Positions 20,340 to 31,223 of a DNA stretch of 64,000 nt are shown piece after piece. The stretch's first letter is position 1. Each line of letters begins with the position of its first letter. Source of the stretch: an uncultured Gammaproteobacteria bacterium (lineage in GTDB: Bacteria; Patescibacteriota; Microgenomatia; UBA8517); the NCBI GenBank assembly GCA_965231135.1, contig OZ246419.1, positions 641,488-705,487 of the forward strand, in the 5' to 3' direction. Made by a program: the position numbers and the translations under genes. Below the pieces are notes generated by a model. It was not told the origin of the DNA, did no database searches, and saw only the letters and a list, made by a program, of their open reading frames with translations.

Positions 20340-20964
20340 ATTCTTCTTCGTTATTTATATCACCAAACTTGACAGAAAGCTTTGGTAGTTTTTCTGTTCT
20401 TAAACTTGATGCAGTTATAAAATCTTCAACCGGAGCAAGCTTTTCTGATAGCTCTGGAGTTAGTCCATCAAGACGATAATGCATCGGGACGACAATTGAT
20501 GCGCCGACTTGCTTTTGCACTTGGGTTGCTTTTTCTGCATCAATTGTAAAGCTTCCGCCAACTGGAATCATCATAATATCAATTGGACCAATTTCTTTTA
20601 CTGTTTCATCAGGTAATGTATGCCCAAGATCTCCAAGATGAAGCAATCTTAAGCCATCGATTTCAATTACATAAATAGTATTTTTGCCGCGCTCTGCTCC
20701 CTTTACCGCATCATGGAAAGTTGGCAAACCAATTATTGAAACGCCGTTTATTTCATATTCGCCCGGGCCATCGACGACGCGTTTCACATTTTCGACGTTT
20801 TCTACTTTGTCGTGATCGCCGTGGTGATGAGAAACTGTAACAATGTCTGCATCTACTTTCGGATATTTAATTCCAAGCATTTTGCCATCAAACGGATCTG
20901 TAACGACTGATGCATTTTTGCCTTTGATTTTAAAAGAAGCCTGGCCAAAAAAAGTAATATCCAT
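20314..20964 (-). CDS. MBL-fold metallo-hydrolase
   Basis: VSHHHGDHD (HxHxDH) motif. Confidence 0.8.
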   Translation of the reverse strand: MDITFFGQASFKIKGKNASVVTDPFDGKMLGIKYPKVDADIVTVSHHHGDHDKVENVENVKRVVDGPGEYEINGVSIIGLPTFHDAVKGAERGKNTIYVIEIDGLRLLHLGDLGHTLPDETVKEIGPIDIMMIPVGGSFTIDAEKATQVQKQVGASIVVPMHYRLDGLTPELSEKLAPVEDFITASSLRTEKLPKLSVKFGDINNEEEYAVILEKK

Positions 20965-21009
20965 GTAGGATTAAAATATCATCATCCAGCTTGACTTTCA
21001 AGGCCAACT

Positions 21010-21963
21010 TTGCAAAAATTCTCATATTCGATGCGCAAAGAAATATTGTTTGCCATTATTGCAGGCGGAGCTTTCGGGCTTTTAATAGCTTTTGGAGCAT
21101 GGAAAGCTAATGCAATTTTAAAATCTAAATCAACTCCTTCATCCTCTTCTACTCCGTTAGCAAGCAATATCCCAACCGCAACAAGCAGTACAAATCAGGA
21201 ATTTAAAATTGTTTTGCAAAATTTGGTTAATAATCAACTTGCAACTGATACACCAATTGCAATTTCTGGAACTACAAATCCAAACACATGGGTTGTTATT
21301 TCCGGAGAAGATGGAGATTCCATTATTGATGCAAGTACTTCAGGAGGCTTTAGTGCAAACACAGATCTTGAAGGCGGAGTTAATCAAATCATCGTTAGCG
21401 GATTTGATGAAAACGGAAATGAAGCTGATGCAAATTTAAACCTTGTTTTTTCAAGCCAATTTCAAAAAGATCCAACACAACAAGGAGAAGCACTTTCATA
21501 TGTTGGGACAATTACAGATATCACAAATTCTGTAATACAAATTAAAAATGATGCTGGAGATATTGAACAAATAAATCCAACCGCAAGCGCTAATTTTATT
21601 GATACCCGTAATAATGATACAAAAATTATTAAGCAAACTGATGTTGCAATTGGAGATTATTTGATCGCGATGGGTTATAAAGATGCAAATAACATTTTGC
21701 AGGCAACAAGAGTCGTTGTATCTGATGCCGTAATTAAAACAGATAGAGTTGCATTTTATGGAATTGTGATCGATACAGAAACTGGAACTGTTACAGTCAA
21801 AAATCCAAATAGTAATACAACAGTTACTGTTACACCAAATACTGATGCAACAATTGCAGGAGATGATACTTTTTCACAAATTAAGACAGGAGACAAAATA
21901 ATTGCTGCTGGAGAATTTAAAGAAGGAAATATTGATGCAAGAAGTATTCAGGTTTTAAAATGA
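21010..21963 (+). CDS. Secreted/membrane-anchored protein, unknown function
   Basis: N-terminal TM followed by a Thr/Asn-rich region that is probably beta-rich. Confidence 0.45.
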   Translation: MQKFSYSMRKEILFAIIAGGAFGLLIAFGAWKANAILKSKSTPSSSSTPLASNIPTATSSTNQEFKIVLQNLVNNQLATDTPIAISGTTNPNTWVVISGEDGDSIIDASTSGGFSANTDLEGGVNQIIVSGFDENGNEADANLNLVFSSQFQKDPTQQGEALSYVGTITDITNSVIQIKNDAGDIEQINPTASANFIDTRNNDTKIIKQTDVAIGDYLIAMGYKDANNILQATRVVVSDAVIKTDRVAFYGIVIDTETGTVTVKNPNSNTTVTVTPNTDATIAGDDTFSQIKTGDKIIAAGEFKEGNIDARSIQVLK

Positions 21964-21975
21964 TACAATAACTAT

Positions 21976-22848
21976 ATGCAAAAAGGGCCAACAACACCAA
22001 AAGGATTTCGCGATATTAACCCAGAGCTTGCAAAGAAACGACGAGCTACGATGAATATGATCGCTGATGTCTTGGAAGGATTTGATTTTGTACCACTTGA
22101 AACTCCAACAGTTGAATTTGCAGAGACTTTAACTGGAAAATATGGAGATGAAGAAAAATTAATTTATAAATTTACAGACCGCGGCGGACGCGAACTAGCT
22201 CTACGCTATGACCTTACTGTTCCCCTTGCAAGATATATTGCCAACAATTTGAATGTAATTGCAAATGGTCCATTTAGGAGATATCAAACTGGGAATGTTT
22301 TTCGGGGAGAAAATACACAAAAAGGGCGTTATAGAGAATTTACACAATTTGACATGGATACTATTGGATCAACTGAGAAACGAGAAGATGCAAAAGTAAT
22401 TGCTGCGGCAATTAAAGCTGCGAGAAAAATTGGACTAACTGATGCAAAGATGGCAGTTAATGACAGGAAAAACTTTAAAGATTTAAAAATTGAAGATATC
22501 AGAGAAATCGATAAGATGTATAAAATCGGCAAAGAAAATATTAGAAAAGATTTATTAGAATTCGTAGAACAAACTACATTAACTGATAATCTTAAGAATA
22601 TTTTTGATATTTTAGAAAAAGAATTTGAATTAAAAGAAGGAAAAGACTTTTTCTTTGACCCGACACTTGCAAGAGGATTAGATTATTACACTTCAACTAT
22701 TTTGGAATTAAAACCAAACGGACGCCCTGAAGAACAATCAATTGGCGGAGGTGGACGATATGATGAACTTATTGGAATGTTTGCAGAGCGAAAAATTCCT
22801 GCTGTTGGCTTCTCCTTTGGAATTGACCGAATAATGGAACTTATTTAA
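21976..22848 (+). CDS. Histidyl-tRNA synthetase catalytic core lacking the C-terminal anticodon-binding domain (HisRS/HisZ-like)
   Basis: Class II motifs intact: motif 2 FRGENTQKGRYREFTQFDMD and the HisRS signature GGGRYD. The ORF ends right after motif 3 at 290 aa. Confidence 0.8.
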   Translation: MQKGPTTPKGFRDINPELAKKRRATMNMIADVLEGFDFVPLETPTVEFAETLTGKYGDEEKLIYKFTDRGGRELALRYDLTVPLARYIANNLNVIANGPFRRYQTGNVFRGENTQKGRYREFTQFDMDTIGSTEKREDAKVIAAAIKAARKIGLTDAKMAVNDRKNFKDLKIEDIREIDKMYKIGKENIRKDLLEFVEQTTLTDNLKNIFDILEKEFELKEGKDFFFDPTLARGLDYYTSTILELKPNGRPEEQSIGGGGRYDELIGMFAERKIPAVGFSFGIDRIMELI

Positions 22849-25186
22849 AAGATTTTTCCTGAATAAATTTTACAATCTCCCCTACTTGCATCCATAAAAG
22901 CGCCCATACCCAGACAAAAAGAATTTGAGTTAGAGAAATTTTCCCTGGCATTAAAAAACCAAAGAATGCGAAAAGAGTTGCAACTAACTGCGTCAGAGAT
23001 GTCGCAATAACAACTTGCTTACTTGGCAAAAAATTCCACCAGTGTTTTTTTGTATGAGCAACGTAAATTAACATATGGCCTGAAACTGTGAGCTTTAGAA
23101 AATACATTGTTTGAATAACAGGCCAGGAGAGATTCCAAACATTTTTCATAATGAAAAATAAAATAAGACTGTTTAATACGCCTACTAAACCGAAGGCTGA
23201 GCTTAATGTAAATCTTTTTTTAACATCAATTTTTGCTGGACTATTAGCAATTTCAACGTTATCAAAGGCGAGAGAAATGATAGGAATATCGTTTAAAAGC
23301 GCGGCCAAAATTAACTGCAAAGCAGTAAGCGGATAAACTCCATATGAAATTCCAAGAACTGCAATTGTTACAATCAAACGAAGGCTTTCTGAAATCCTAT
23401 AAAGAGAATAAGTATAAAGCCTTTCAAAAATTTTGCGGCTTTCTAAAATTGCATCTTTTATGACACTAATCCCAGCTGATAATAAAACAATATCGGCTGT
23501 GGCCTTTAAGACGCTTACTGCATTGGAAACAGCCATGCCAACGCTTGCAGCTTTGACTGCCGGCAAATCATTCACTCCGTCGCCGTTTGCTGCAACTGTA
23601 AAGAATTTTTTGGCTTTTTCAACAAGATCAAGTTTGTCTTCAGGCAAAATTTCTGCAAAAGCTGCTGTATTTTCAAAAAAAGCTGGGCTTATTGCATCAA
23701 AATTGGTTTTATCTAATTTGTCTTTTGTAATTATTTCTCCGTTTAGCTCTAGTTCACGAGAAATGTTTTCGGCAATTGCACGATTATCCCCTGTCACAAT
23801 TGAAGAATTAATTCCGTTTTGTTTTAGAAAATTTAAAACTGATTTTGCATCCGGACGAAGCTCGTCAGATAAAGCTATCAGGCCAACTATTTTCAAGTTA
23901 TTTTCTTTTTTGCCGTCTCCTGATGCAATTGCTAAAGTGCGAAAACCTTTTTGAGCGAGCGTTTCCACTTCTCTATTAAATTTGTCTAGGGTCTTTTTAT
24001 CAATTTTGCAAAGACTAATGATAATTTGGGGAGCACCAATGCTTATAACCTGATCTTTATTTTCTTTTTGAATAAAAACTGTACTTCTTTTTCTTTTTGA
24101 GTCTGCTGGAATAAAATCTTTTTTAATAAATTTGGGAATATTTAAATGAAGTTCTTTTAATTTTTCGTTTATCGCAATATCGATTGGATTATCACTTTCA
24201 AGACCGGAAATAATACTTGAAAGAGACAAGACATCATTGTGAGTAAAGCCGTCGTAGGCGTAAATATCAGAAACAACAATTTTATTTTTTGTTAATGTTC
24301 CTGTTTTATCTGTTAGTAAAAAATTTACATTTGCTAAATCTTCAAGAGCTGAAAGACGGCGAATGATTACGTTTTTTTTGGCGAGATTAATAACTCCAAA
24401 CTCGATAATCAATGTCATAACTGTGGGAAGACTGATGGGAATTCCTGCGATAACGAGGCTTAAATCAAGGGTTAAAAGCTCAAGAATCGGGGCTTTATGA
24501 ATGATAAAATAAACTGACAAAACTACTACTGCAGTAAGACTTAGGAGGGTCAAAAATTTTGAAATGCTTAAAATATCTTTTTCAAGTGAACTTTGCTTTT
24601 TGATATTTTCGACAGAGAAAAGAGTTTTCCCAAAATGAGTATTTGTCCCAACTGCTGTAACTTTTATAGTTGCAATTCCTGATGCGACAAAAGACCCTGA
24701 AAAAACTTCATCGTTTATTTTTTTGTCTTTGGGAAGAGATTCTCCCGTTAGAGCTGATTCGTTAATCGATAGATGTTCTTCTCCCACAATTTTTGCATCA
24801 GCAGGAATTACTTCGCCTGAAGCCAATTTGACAACATCTCCAATTACCAAAAACCTGGAATCAATTTGAACCCAGACATTATCCCGCAAAACTTTTACTT
24901 TTTGATTGAGATGCTCATTTAATTTTTGAATTGCATTGTCAGCCTTATTCTCCTGCCAGAGAGTTATTCCTGTATTTAGAAACAATAACAATAAAATAAA
25001 ATAACCGTCGAAAGTTTTTTGCAGAATAAAAGATAAAAATGACGCCAAAAGAAGCATTACAGCAATCGGAGAAATTAAATTTTTTAAGATTTTTTTAAAG
25101 ATACTTATGTGTTTTTGCGGGATTTCATTAAATCCGTTTTTGGCGAGAAGCTCTTTTGCGGCGATTGAAGATAAACCTTGATCCAT
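22841..25186 (-). CDS. P-type cation-transporting ATPase
   Basis: DKTGTLT phosphorylation site, GDGVNDLPA hinge, about 10 TM helices; 781 aa. Confidence 0.9.
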   Translation of the reverse strand: MDQGLSSIAAKELLAKNGFNEIPQKHISIFKKILKNLISPIAVMLLLASFLSFILQKTFDGYFILLLLFLNTGITLWQENKADNAIQKLNEHLNQKVKVLRDNVWVQIDSRFLVIGDVVKLASGEVIPADAKIVGEEHLSINESALTGESLPKDKKINDEVFSGSFVASGIATIKVTAVGTNTHFGKTLFSVENIKKQSSLEKDILSISKFLTLLSLTAVVVLSVYFIIHKAPILELLTLDLSLVIAGIPISLPTVMTLIIEFGVINLAKKNVIIRRLSALEDLANVNFLLTDKTGTLTKNKIVVSDIYAYDGFTHNDVLSLSSIISGLESDNPIDIAINEKLKELHLNIPKFIKKDFIPADSKRKRSTVFIQKENKDQVISIGAPQIIISLCKIDKKTLDKFNREVETLAQKGFRTLAIASGDGKKENNLKIVGLIALSDELRPDAKSVLNFLKQNGINSSIVTGDNRAIAENISRELELNGEIITKDKLDKTNFDAISPAFFENTAAFAEILPEDKLDLVEKAKKFFTVAANGDGVNDLPAVKAASVGMAVSNAVSVLKATADIVLLSAGISVIKDAILESRKIFERLYTYSLYRISESLRLIVTIAVLGISYGVYPLTALQLILAALLNDIPIISLAFDNVEIANSPAKIDVKKRFTLSSAFGLVGVLNSLILFFIMKNVWNLSWPVIQTMYFLKLTVSGHMLIYVAHTKKHWWNFLPSKQVVIATSLTQLVATLFAFFGFLMPGKISLTQILFVWVWALLWMQVGEIVKFIQEKSFK

Positions 25187-25197
25187 GATTTACATTT

Positions 25198-26139
25198 TTG
25201 CTTTTTTTGATAAAAATTGCAAAACTAAAATATATGAAATACAGATTTCGCGCTTTTGTTTTTTTAATTATTAGCGCTCTTATTAGCGGAATTGCAGGGC
25301 CTGTTATAAAACTTACTTTAAAAAATGTACCTGTTGATACGTTTCTTTTTTACAGATTTTTTATATCAAGCGTAATTGTAATTTTGCTTTTGCCTTTTGC
25401 AAAGTTAAAAATTCCCAAAAAGCCTTCGATATTGTTAAATTTTATTTTGTACGGATTTTTAAACTCGACAGTTGCACTTGGATTTTTATTTCTGGGGGCA
25501 AATAAAACAACACTTCTCAACTGGAGCTTGATTACACTTATTTCTCCAATTCTTACAATCCTTGCAGGATATATTATGCTGCATGACCGCATTTCCAGAA
25601 AGCTTAAAATGGGAATTTTAATTACCTTTTTGGGAGCTTTTATAATTTTAATCGGACCGTTTATAACCACTGGAGACAATGTCGGCGAAGTGTCTGGAAA
25701 TATTTTTGTGGTTATTTCCATGATCGCAGGAGCTGCAAGCACCATAATTGTTAAAAATTTACTGCGCCAAGGAGAAGACCCTCTGAGCTTAAGCAATTTT
25801 TCCTGGGTTATTGGTTTTTTTAGCTTTTTAATTATTATTTTGTTTAACGGGAAGCTCGTGAATACTTTTGAAACAATTCAAAGTCTGCCAATACAATATC
25901 ATCTTGGGGTTTTATACATGGCAATTTTTAGTGGCAGCATTGCTTATTATCTTGGGAATTCAGCTCAAAAAACGCTTAGCGTTAGCGAAGCTGCAGTATT
26001 TGGATATGTCCCGTCTGTAATTTCTGCGATTCTTGCTGTCATTCTTCTGGGCGATGCAATAACGGTTTATGTGATAATTGGAACAATAATTACTTTTGCA
26101 GGAGTATATCTTGCTGAAACTAGGCACAAGGTGGTATAA
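25198..26139 (+). CDS. EamA/DMT-family transporter (10 TM)
   Basis: Two EamA-like halves. Confidence 0.7.
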   Translation: MLFLIKIAKLKYMKYRFRAFVFLIISALISGIAGPVIKLTLKNVPVDTFLFYRFFISSVIVILLLPFAKLKIPKKPSILLNFILYGFLNSTVALGFLFLGANKTTLLNWSLITLISPILTILAGYIMLHDRISRKLKMGILITFLGAFIILIGPFITTGDNVGEVSGNIFVVISMIAGAASTIIVKNLLRQGEDPLSLSNFSWVIGFFSFLIIILFNGKLVNTFETIQSLPIQYHLGVLYMAIFSGSIAYYLGNSAQKTLSVSEAAVFGYVPSVISAILAVILLGDAITVYVIIGTIITFAGVYLAETRHKVV

Positions 26140-26146
26140 TTTCATT

Positions 26147-26452
26147 ATGAAAGCGAAGATTCACCCAAAATATTTTGATGCGACTGTAATTTGCGCTTGT
26201 GGCAATACATTTACAGTTGGCGCAACTGTGCCTGAAATTCATGTTGAAGTTTGTTCTGTTTGCCATCCTTTTTACACAGGGCAAATGAAATTTGTAGATA
26301 CAGCAGGACGAGTTGATGCGTTTAACGCCCGTATGCAAAAAGTAAATGAAAAGAAAATCAGCAAGACTGAAAAGAGACGCTTGAAGCGCGAAAAGAAATT
26401 GAAAGAAGAATCTGCAAGACCAGAAACTTTGAGCGCACTTCGAAATGGTTGA
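26147..26452 (+). CDS. rpmE: Ribosomal protein L31 with a Lys/Arg-rich C-terminal extension
   Basis: [10 protein letters not shown]...[12 protein letters not shown]...[11 protein letters not shown] is a canonical L31 with its Zn ribbon. Start moved to the ATG at 26147 (track ORF starts at 26096). About 36 extra basic residues at the C-terminus. Confidence 0.85.
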   Translation: MKAKIHPKYFDATVICACGNTFTVGATVPEIHVEVCSVCHPFYTGQMKFVDTAGRVDAFNARMQKVNEKKISKTEKRRLKREKKLKEESARPETLSALRNG

Positions 26453-27131
26453 AACAATTTATCTTGAAATCCGCGGAGCTACAGGCGGAGACGAAGCCAA
26501 ACTTTGGGGGCAAGATCTCCTTCGTATGTATTCCCGATTTGCCACACGTAAGCTCTGGAAATTTGAACTTATAGATGAGGCAACTTTGAAGATTACTGGC
26601 GAAAATGTTTTTGCATTATTAAAAAATGAAAGCGGAGTTCATAGAGTGCAGCGAGTCCCTTCCACTGAAAAGCGAGGACGCATTCATACGTCAACTGCAA
26701 CTGTTGCTGTTCTTCCTCAATTAACAGAAACAGACATTAAAATAAACCCGCAAGACCTTGATTGGCAATTTATTAGAGCTGGCGGACATGGAGGGCAAAA
26801 TGTTAATAAGGTTTCGACAGCTGTACGACTAACACACAAACCAACTGGAATTATGATTGTTGCAAGAGAAGAGCGATTTCAGCAACAAAATAGAATTATT
26901 GCGATGGATTTGCTTCGCGCTAAGCTTTGGGAAAAAGCAGAACTTGAGAAAGAAAGAACAGTTGCAGGATATCGTAGCGCGATTGGGCGAGGAATGAGAG
27001 CTGAAAAAATCAGAACTTATAATTTTCCACAAGACAGAGTAACAGATCACAGAATTCATAAAAATTGGGGAAATTTAGAGAAAATTATGGATGGAGAATT
27101 AGATAGAGTTGTGGAACTTACTAAGAATTAA
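26445..27131 (+). CDS. RF1-type peptide chain release factor lacking N-terminal domain 1
   Basis: Begins at the domain-2 motif [11 protein letters not shown]. Has the P-x-T type codon-recognition tripeptide ([14 protein letters not shown]) and GGQ ([11 protein letters not shown]). 228 aa against about 360 for RF1. 8-nt overlap with rpmE. Confidence 0.8.
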   Translation: MVETIYLEIRGATGGDEAKLWGQDLLRMYSRFATRKLWKFELIDEATLKITGENVFALLKNESGVHRVQRVPSTEKRGRIHTSTATVAVLPQLTETDIKINPQDLDWQFIRAGGHGGQNVNKVSTAVRLTHKPTGIMIVAREERFQQQNRIIAMDLLRAKLWEKAELEKERTVAGYRSAIGRGMRAEKIRTYNFPQDRVTDHRIHKNWGNLEKIMDGELDRVVELTKN

Positions 27132-27951
27132 ATCCTTCTTTAATTAGAATACATTGACCCTTTAGAGATCCAGTGCCGAAAGTAAAATCATTTTGTGAAT
27201 ATAATGAAATTATATTTGGGATAGTTTCTGAAGTTATTGATTGGAAATGCTTAGCTCCACTTATTGAATCGTAATACGTTAAATCTATTTCAAAACGAAC
27301 GTCTGTTTCATTTACCGTAATAATACTAGCGGCAACAGAAGTGTCTTGGGAAAGATCTATTGGTGCCTTGAGTACTTGTCCTTGTTGGGGAATCCACTGT
27401 GGATTCCCATTCGAATCTGTAGATAAATATTCAAATTGAACAAGCTGCTGAGAACGAGCTTTATTTACTGTTGGCATTATAAAATGTATTACTGGATTGT
27501 TGTCTTTTAACAGAAAAATTACAGCATGGGGTGGATTAATTAATTGCGGATCAGTAACTTGTATGATTGTTTGGAATTTTTCAGTTGTAATATTGTATTT
27601 TTTTGTAGAATAAATTGGGAGCCAATAAAAAATAGATGACGTAGGTTTTCTGCAGTACTGATTATTTTCTAAGCTATAGCCTTCATGTAATATTTCATTA
27701 TTTGTTTTATTTGCTATGGTATTTTGAGTTGGTACTGACTCGACTGTTGAAGTTTTTGCAATATCAATTTGAGGATTAAGTGAATGAAAAAATGCAGTAA
27801 ATCCACCATAACTTATTAAAAACGTGCCAAGAAAAGCACCTATTGTCGCTTTGAATATAGTATGCGCAAGATCGTGGATTTCCTCAATCAGAAAGTTGCA
27901 AATTATTTTAATTAGTTTGGAGAACATCGAGGGAGGCTTGAAGTTTTGCAT
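27121..27951 (-). CDS. Membrane-anchored hypothetical protein
   Basis: TM near the N-terminus; 276 aa. Confidence 0.4.
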   Translation of the reverse strand: MQNFKPPSMFSKLIKIICNFLIEEIHDLAHTIFKATIGAFLGTFLISYGGFTAFFHSLNPQIDIAKTSTVESVPTQNTIANKTNNEILHEGYSLENNQYCRKPTSSIFYWLPIYSTKKYNITTEKFQTIIQVTDPQLINPPHAVIFLLKDNNPVIHFIMPTVNKARSQQLVQFEYLSTDSNGNPQWIPQQGQVLKAPIDLSQDTSVAASIITVNETDVRFEIDLTYYDSISGAKHFQSITSETIPNIISLYSQNDFTFGTGSLKGQCILIKEGFNS

Positions 27952-27958
27952 GGCATAC

Positions 27959-28330
27959 TTACGGGAGTTTGATTATATAGACTACTCCTATCCCTTCTAG
28001 CTCTCTTTTTTCCCAAGTGTATCTTCCTTTGATAGCCTTTGTATCTATATTGTATGTTTTGAAAAAACTCGTGGCGATAACTGAGGCGCCTTTCCCTTCA
28101 GGATTCTTCATAATCGTAAATTTATTAGGTTCTTCTTCTAAGTTTGTGAAGTGTAGCGCCACGACTTTTTTATTTTCGTCATAATATATTACTAAGTAAT
28201 TATTGTTTCCTACTTGTTCATCAATATAAAACTTGGTAGGAAGTCCGAAAGACTTATTGCTAGTAATAGTTATTCTGTTTTCTAATCTTTGACCTACACC
28301 TTCAAATTTTTTAAAACTGTAATCTTCCAT
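27959..28330 (-). CDS. Hypothetical protein
   Basis: 123-aa ORF. Confidence 0.35.
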   Translation of the reverse strand: MEDYSFKKFEGVGQRLENRITITSNKSFGLPTKFYIDEQVGNNNYLVIYYDENKKVVALHFTNLEEEPNKFTIMKNPEGKGASVIATSFFKTYNIDTKAIKGRYTWEKRELEGIGVVYIIKLP

Positions 28331-28437
28331 ATGTTTTCATTATATATTCTCCTTATCTATTTTACAAGTGAGTCATTACAAAGATTTTTAAATTTTATGT
28401 ATTAATTAACGAGGAATTAAATTTATAAAGTGAATTG

Positions 28438-28659
28438 TCAAGAAGTTTTTGGTTTTATTTTTTCTTCAACTCTAGCAATTTCTCGTTCTGGTATGACACG
28501 ATCTCCACCTGTAAGATTTTCTGTAAAAATAATATTTTTCCCATCTTTGCGTACAATGATTTGAGTAAAATGGCCATTTGGACCACAATCATGATCATCA
28601 CCAATAAATTCATCTGACGGTACACGCTCACCTTTACCTAAAAAATCATATTCACTCAT
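28438..28659 (-). CDS. Small hypothetical protein
   Basis: 73-aa ORF. Confidence 0.3.
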   Translation of the reverse strand: MSEYDFLGKGERVPSDEFIGDDHDCGPNGHFTQIIVRKDGKNIIFTENLTGGDRVIPEREIARVEEKIKPKTS

Positions 28660-28747
28660 AATTAATCAAATTTTAGAACTGCTGATGAAATTTTCAAGAA
28701 TTTTTTAATATTGACAGGGTGATTATAATTAGGATAGTCGGCTTAAA

Positions 28748-29944
28748 TTACTGATTTGAAGTATCAGCTGCAAGAGTTGCTGTGAGATTTAAGGTCTGGC
28801 CGTTTCTCCAAACTTCCATAGACAAACTATCCCCTACTTTTTTACCATTTATTATTTGTGCAAGTTTGCTTGTTTGTGTGCTATCAGATGAACTATTACT
28901 TGATGAATTATCATTTAAAGTCTGTCCGTCTGCTTTTGTAATAATATCTCCTGTCTGAACTCCGGCTTTATCAGCTGCACTTCCTGTGACAACATCGGTT
29001 ACATAAGCTCCTTGAGGAACATCGTTTAGAATTGCTGCTTGCTGGCTGATCATTTGATATTGGACTCCTAAAAATGCTTTTCCAGGAAAACCGCCGTTTT
29101 TGGTGAAGGTATTTAGAGCATCTTTGACAACATTAATTGGAATTGCAAAGCCAATATTTTGAGCACCTTGGGCTACTGCAACATTAATACCAATTACCTG
29201 ATTTGAAGAATTAATTAATGGACCGCCCGAATTTCCAGGGTTAATTGCTGCATCTGTTTGAATAATATTATCAAGCTCTTCAACATAACCCTGATAAGGA
29301 TCGCCAGCCTGAATTCCCCGGCCAAGCCCTGAGACAACGCCTGTTGTGACAGAATGCCTAAATTGCCCAAGAGCTGTCCCTATTGCGATAACTGATTGGC
29401 CAACTTTAAGATTTGTTGAATCGCCTAAAGTAATTGGAGTCAATCCGTTTGCATTAATTTTTAAGACTGCAATATCGTTATTTGGATCGCGGGAAATTGT
29501 TTGGACTGGATATTCTTTATTATCTTCTGTAATGACTTTGTAAGTCATCGTAGTATCACTTACAACATGTTTATTAGTCACAATTAAACCATTTGCCGAA
29601 ACTATGAAACCGCTTCCAATATCTTGAGACTGGCTTCCGCCAGGAGTTTGGCTAAATCCTCCTCCGAATGGATCAAATTGAATTGAAGGCTGACTTGTTG
29701 CGGTTCCTGAAACTGTAACGACGGAAGGAGAAGATTTGGCAACAACATTTTCAACATCCTGCTCTTCGCTTGTGACAACTGTCGGCCCAACGGTACTTCC
29801 ATTGCCAATCGACGATGGAAAAAGCGAATCCAGAGGTTTAAAACCAAAAACGCGGTCAGCAACTGCACCGCCGCCAATTGCAACCAAAACTACAATTATC
29901 AAAGCGCCGATTATTAATACTTTACGAAGATCTAATTTCCTCAT
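28748..29944 (-). CDS. HtrA/DegP-family serine protease with C-terminal PDZ domain
   Basis: Catalytic His (TNKHVV) and Ser (GNSGGPL); PDZ GVQTGDIITKADG; N-terminal TM. Confidence 0.9.
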   Translation of the reverse strand: MRKLDLRKVLIIGALIIVVLVAIGGGAVADRVFGFKPLDSLFPSSIGNGSTVGPTVVTSEEQDVENVVAKSSPSVVTVSGTATSQPSIQFDPFGGGFSQTPGGSQSQDIGSGFIVSANGLIVTNKHVVSDTTMTYKVITEDNKEYPVQTISRDPNNDIAVLKINANGLTPITLGDSTNLKVGQSVIAIGTALGQFRHSVTTGVVSGLGRGIQAGDPYQGYVEELDNIIQTDAAINPGNSGGPLINSSNQVIGINVAVAQGAQNIGFAIPINVVKDALNTFTKNGGFPGKAFLGVQYQMISQQAAILNDVPQGAYVTDVVTGSAADKAGVQTGDIITKADGQTLNDNSSSNSSSDSTQTSKLAQIINGKKVGDSLSMEVWRNGQTLNLTATLAADTSNQ

Positions 29945-29974
29945 ACTTAAAATATATTATCAAATCCTGAAAGG

Positions 29975-31198
29975 TTACTGAAATAATTTAACTGCAGCAT
30001 TCAACTGATCATCGCTTGTGCTTGTTGCACTTTGTGTAACTTTTACATCTGGAGTAAGACCAACTCCGTGGACCCAGGTACCGTTTGGAGTAAGCCATTT
30101 GGCAACTGTGATATGAATTCCTGCTCCTCCGTCAAGATCAAGAGGCTCCTGCACAGTTCCTTTACCAAAAGATTTTTCTCCAACCAATTGAATTTTTCTG
30201 TCATCGCGAAGCGCTCCTGATAAAATTTCTGAAGCACTTGCACTTCCGCCATTTATCAAGACAACTGTTTTGGTATTTACAAAAGCTCCTTCACGATTTG
30301 TTAGTAATGGTTCTTTATTTCCGTTTCCATCCTGCTGAATAACAACTGTCGATCCTTCCGGCAAAAATTCTCCTGCAATATCAACAGCATCTTGAAGATA
30401 TCCTCCTGGATTATTTCGTAAATCTAAAATTACACCCTTTATGTTTTGATGGGTCTGAATGTCTGCAACTTCCTTTTGCCATTCTGTATAAGTATCTGCG
30501 CCAAACTTTAAAATAGAAATGTGAGCAATGTCTTTATTGTCGCCAACATATTCAAGAGTGACAGATGGGACATTAATATTTTCTCTGATTATATCAACTG
30601 TGATTGGCTGACTTGTTCCGTCTCGAACTAAAGTTAAAGTAACTTTTGTCCCAGTATTTCCTCGTATATCTTCAACCGCCTGCCCCAAAGTAATATTTTG
30701 TGTATTTGTGATATTCACATTTTTTGCGGCATCTTTAATACCAACAATTAAATCTCCCGGCTTTACGCCAGCTTTTTCTGCAGGGCTTCCAGGAAGCGGC
30801 GCTTCAACTGCGAGGTTTTGTCCTTTATAACCTAATTCAATTCCTACACCGCTAAAGTTTCCCTGAAGATCCTGATTTGTGACCTGATTTTCAGAAGGCG
30901 GCAAGAACATTGTATAAGGATCACCCAAACTATTTACCATTCCTTGAATCGCGCCGTAAACCATTTGAGAAGGAATTATTTTTGATTTGTCGTAGTAAGT
31001 GCTATTAATATCGTCCCAAACTTTCCAGAAAAGAGAAAAATCCACATTTGGCTCTGGAGTAACGCGGCTAATGGTTACATTTCCGCCTTTTACATAATTT
31101 ACTTCAAAACCTTTTGCACCAATACCATAGCCTAAGGCAAGGCAAAAAATCATAAGGACTGCAACGACAATTAAATTTTTAAAATTTGTAGACTTCAT
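29975..31198 (-). CDS. C-terminal processing peptidase (S41, CtpA-like) with PDZ domain
   Basis: GGSASASEILSGALRD S41 catalytic motif; PDZ KPGDLIVGIKDAA. Confidence 0.85.
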   Translation of the reverse strand: MKSTNFKNLIVVAVLMIFCLALGYGIGAKGFEVNYVKGGNVTISRVTPEPNVDFSLFWKVWDDINSTYYDKSKIIPSQMVYGAIQGMVNSLGDPYTMFLPPSENQVTNQDLQGNFSGVGIELGYKGQNLAVEAPLPGSPAEKAGVKPGDLIVGIKDAAKNVNITNTQNITLGQAVEDIRGNTGTKVTLTLVRDGTSQPITVDIIRENINVPSVTLEYVGDNKDIAHISILKFGADTYTEWQKEVADIQTHQNIKGVILDLRNNPGGYLQDAVDIAGEFLPEGSTVVIQQDGNGNKEPLLTNREGAFVNTKTVVLINGGSASASEILSGALRDDRKIQLVGEKSFGKGTVQEPLDLDGGAGIHITVAKWLTPNGTWVHGVGLTPDVKVTQSATSTSDDQLNAAVKLFQ

Positions 31199-31223
31199 GA
31201 TAAATCGACAATACTAAAGTATA

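Noticed and set aside
26096-26146. Upstream in-frame extension of rpmE ([17 protein letters not shown])
   Set aside because: L31 homology begins at [10 protein letters not shown], and the extension overlaps the end of the EamA gene. The start was moved to 26147.
26445-27131. Programmed +1 frameshift of the prfB type
   Set aside because: The codon-recognition motif is RF1-type (P-S-T), not SPF, and no upstream in-frame domain-1 coding potential or CUU-UGA slippery site was seen. The truncation appears genuine, or is an ordinary frameshift error.
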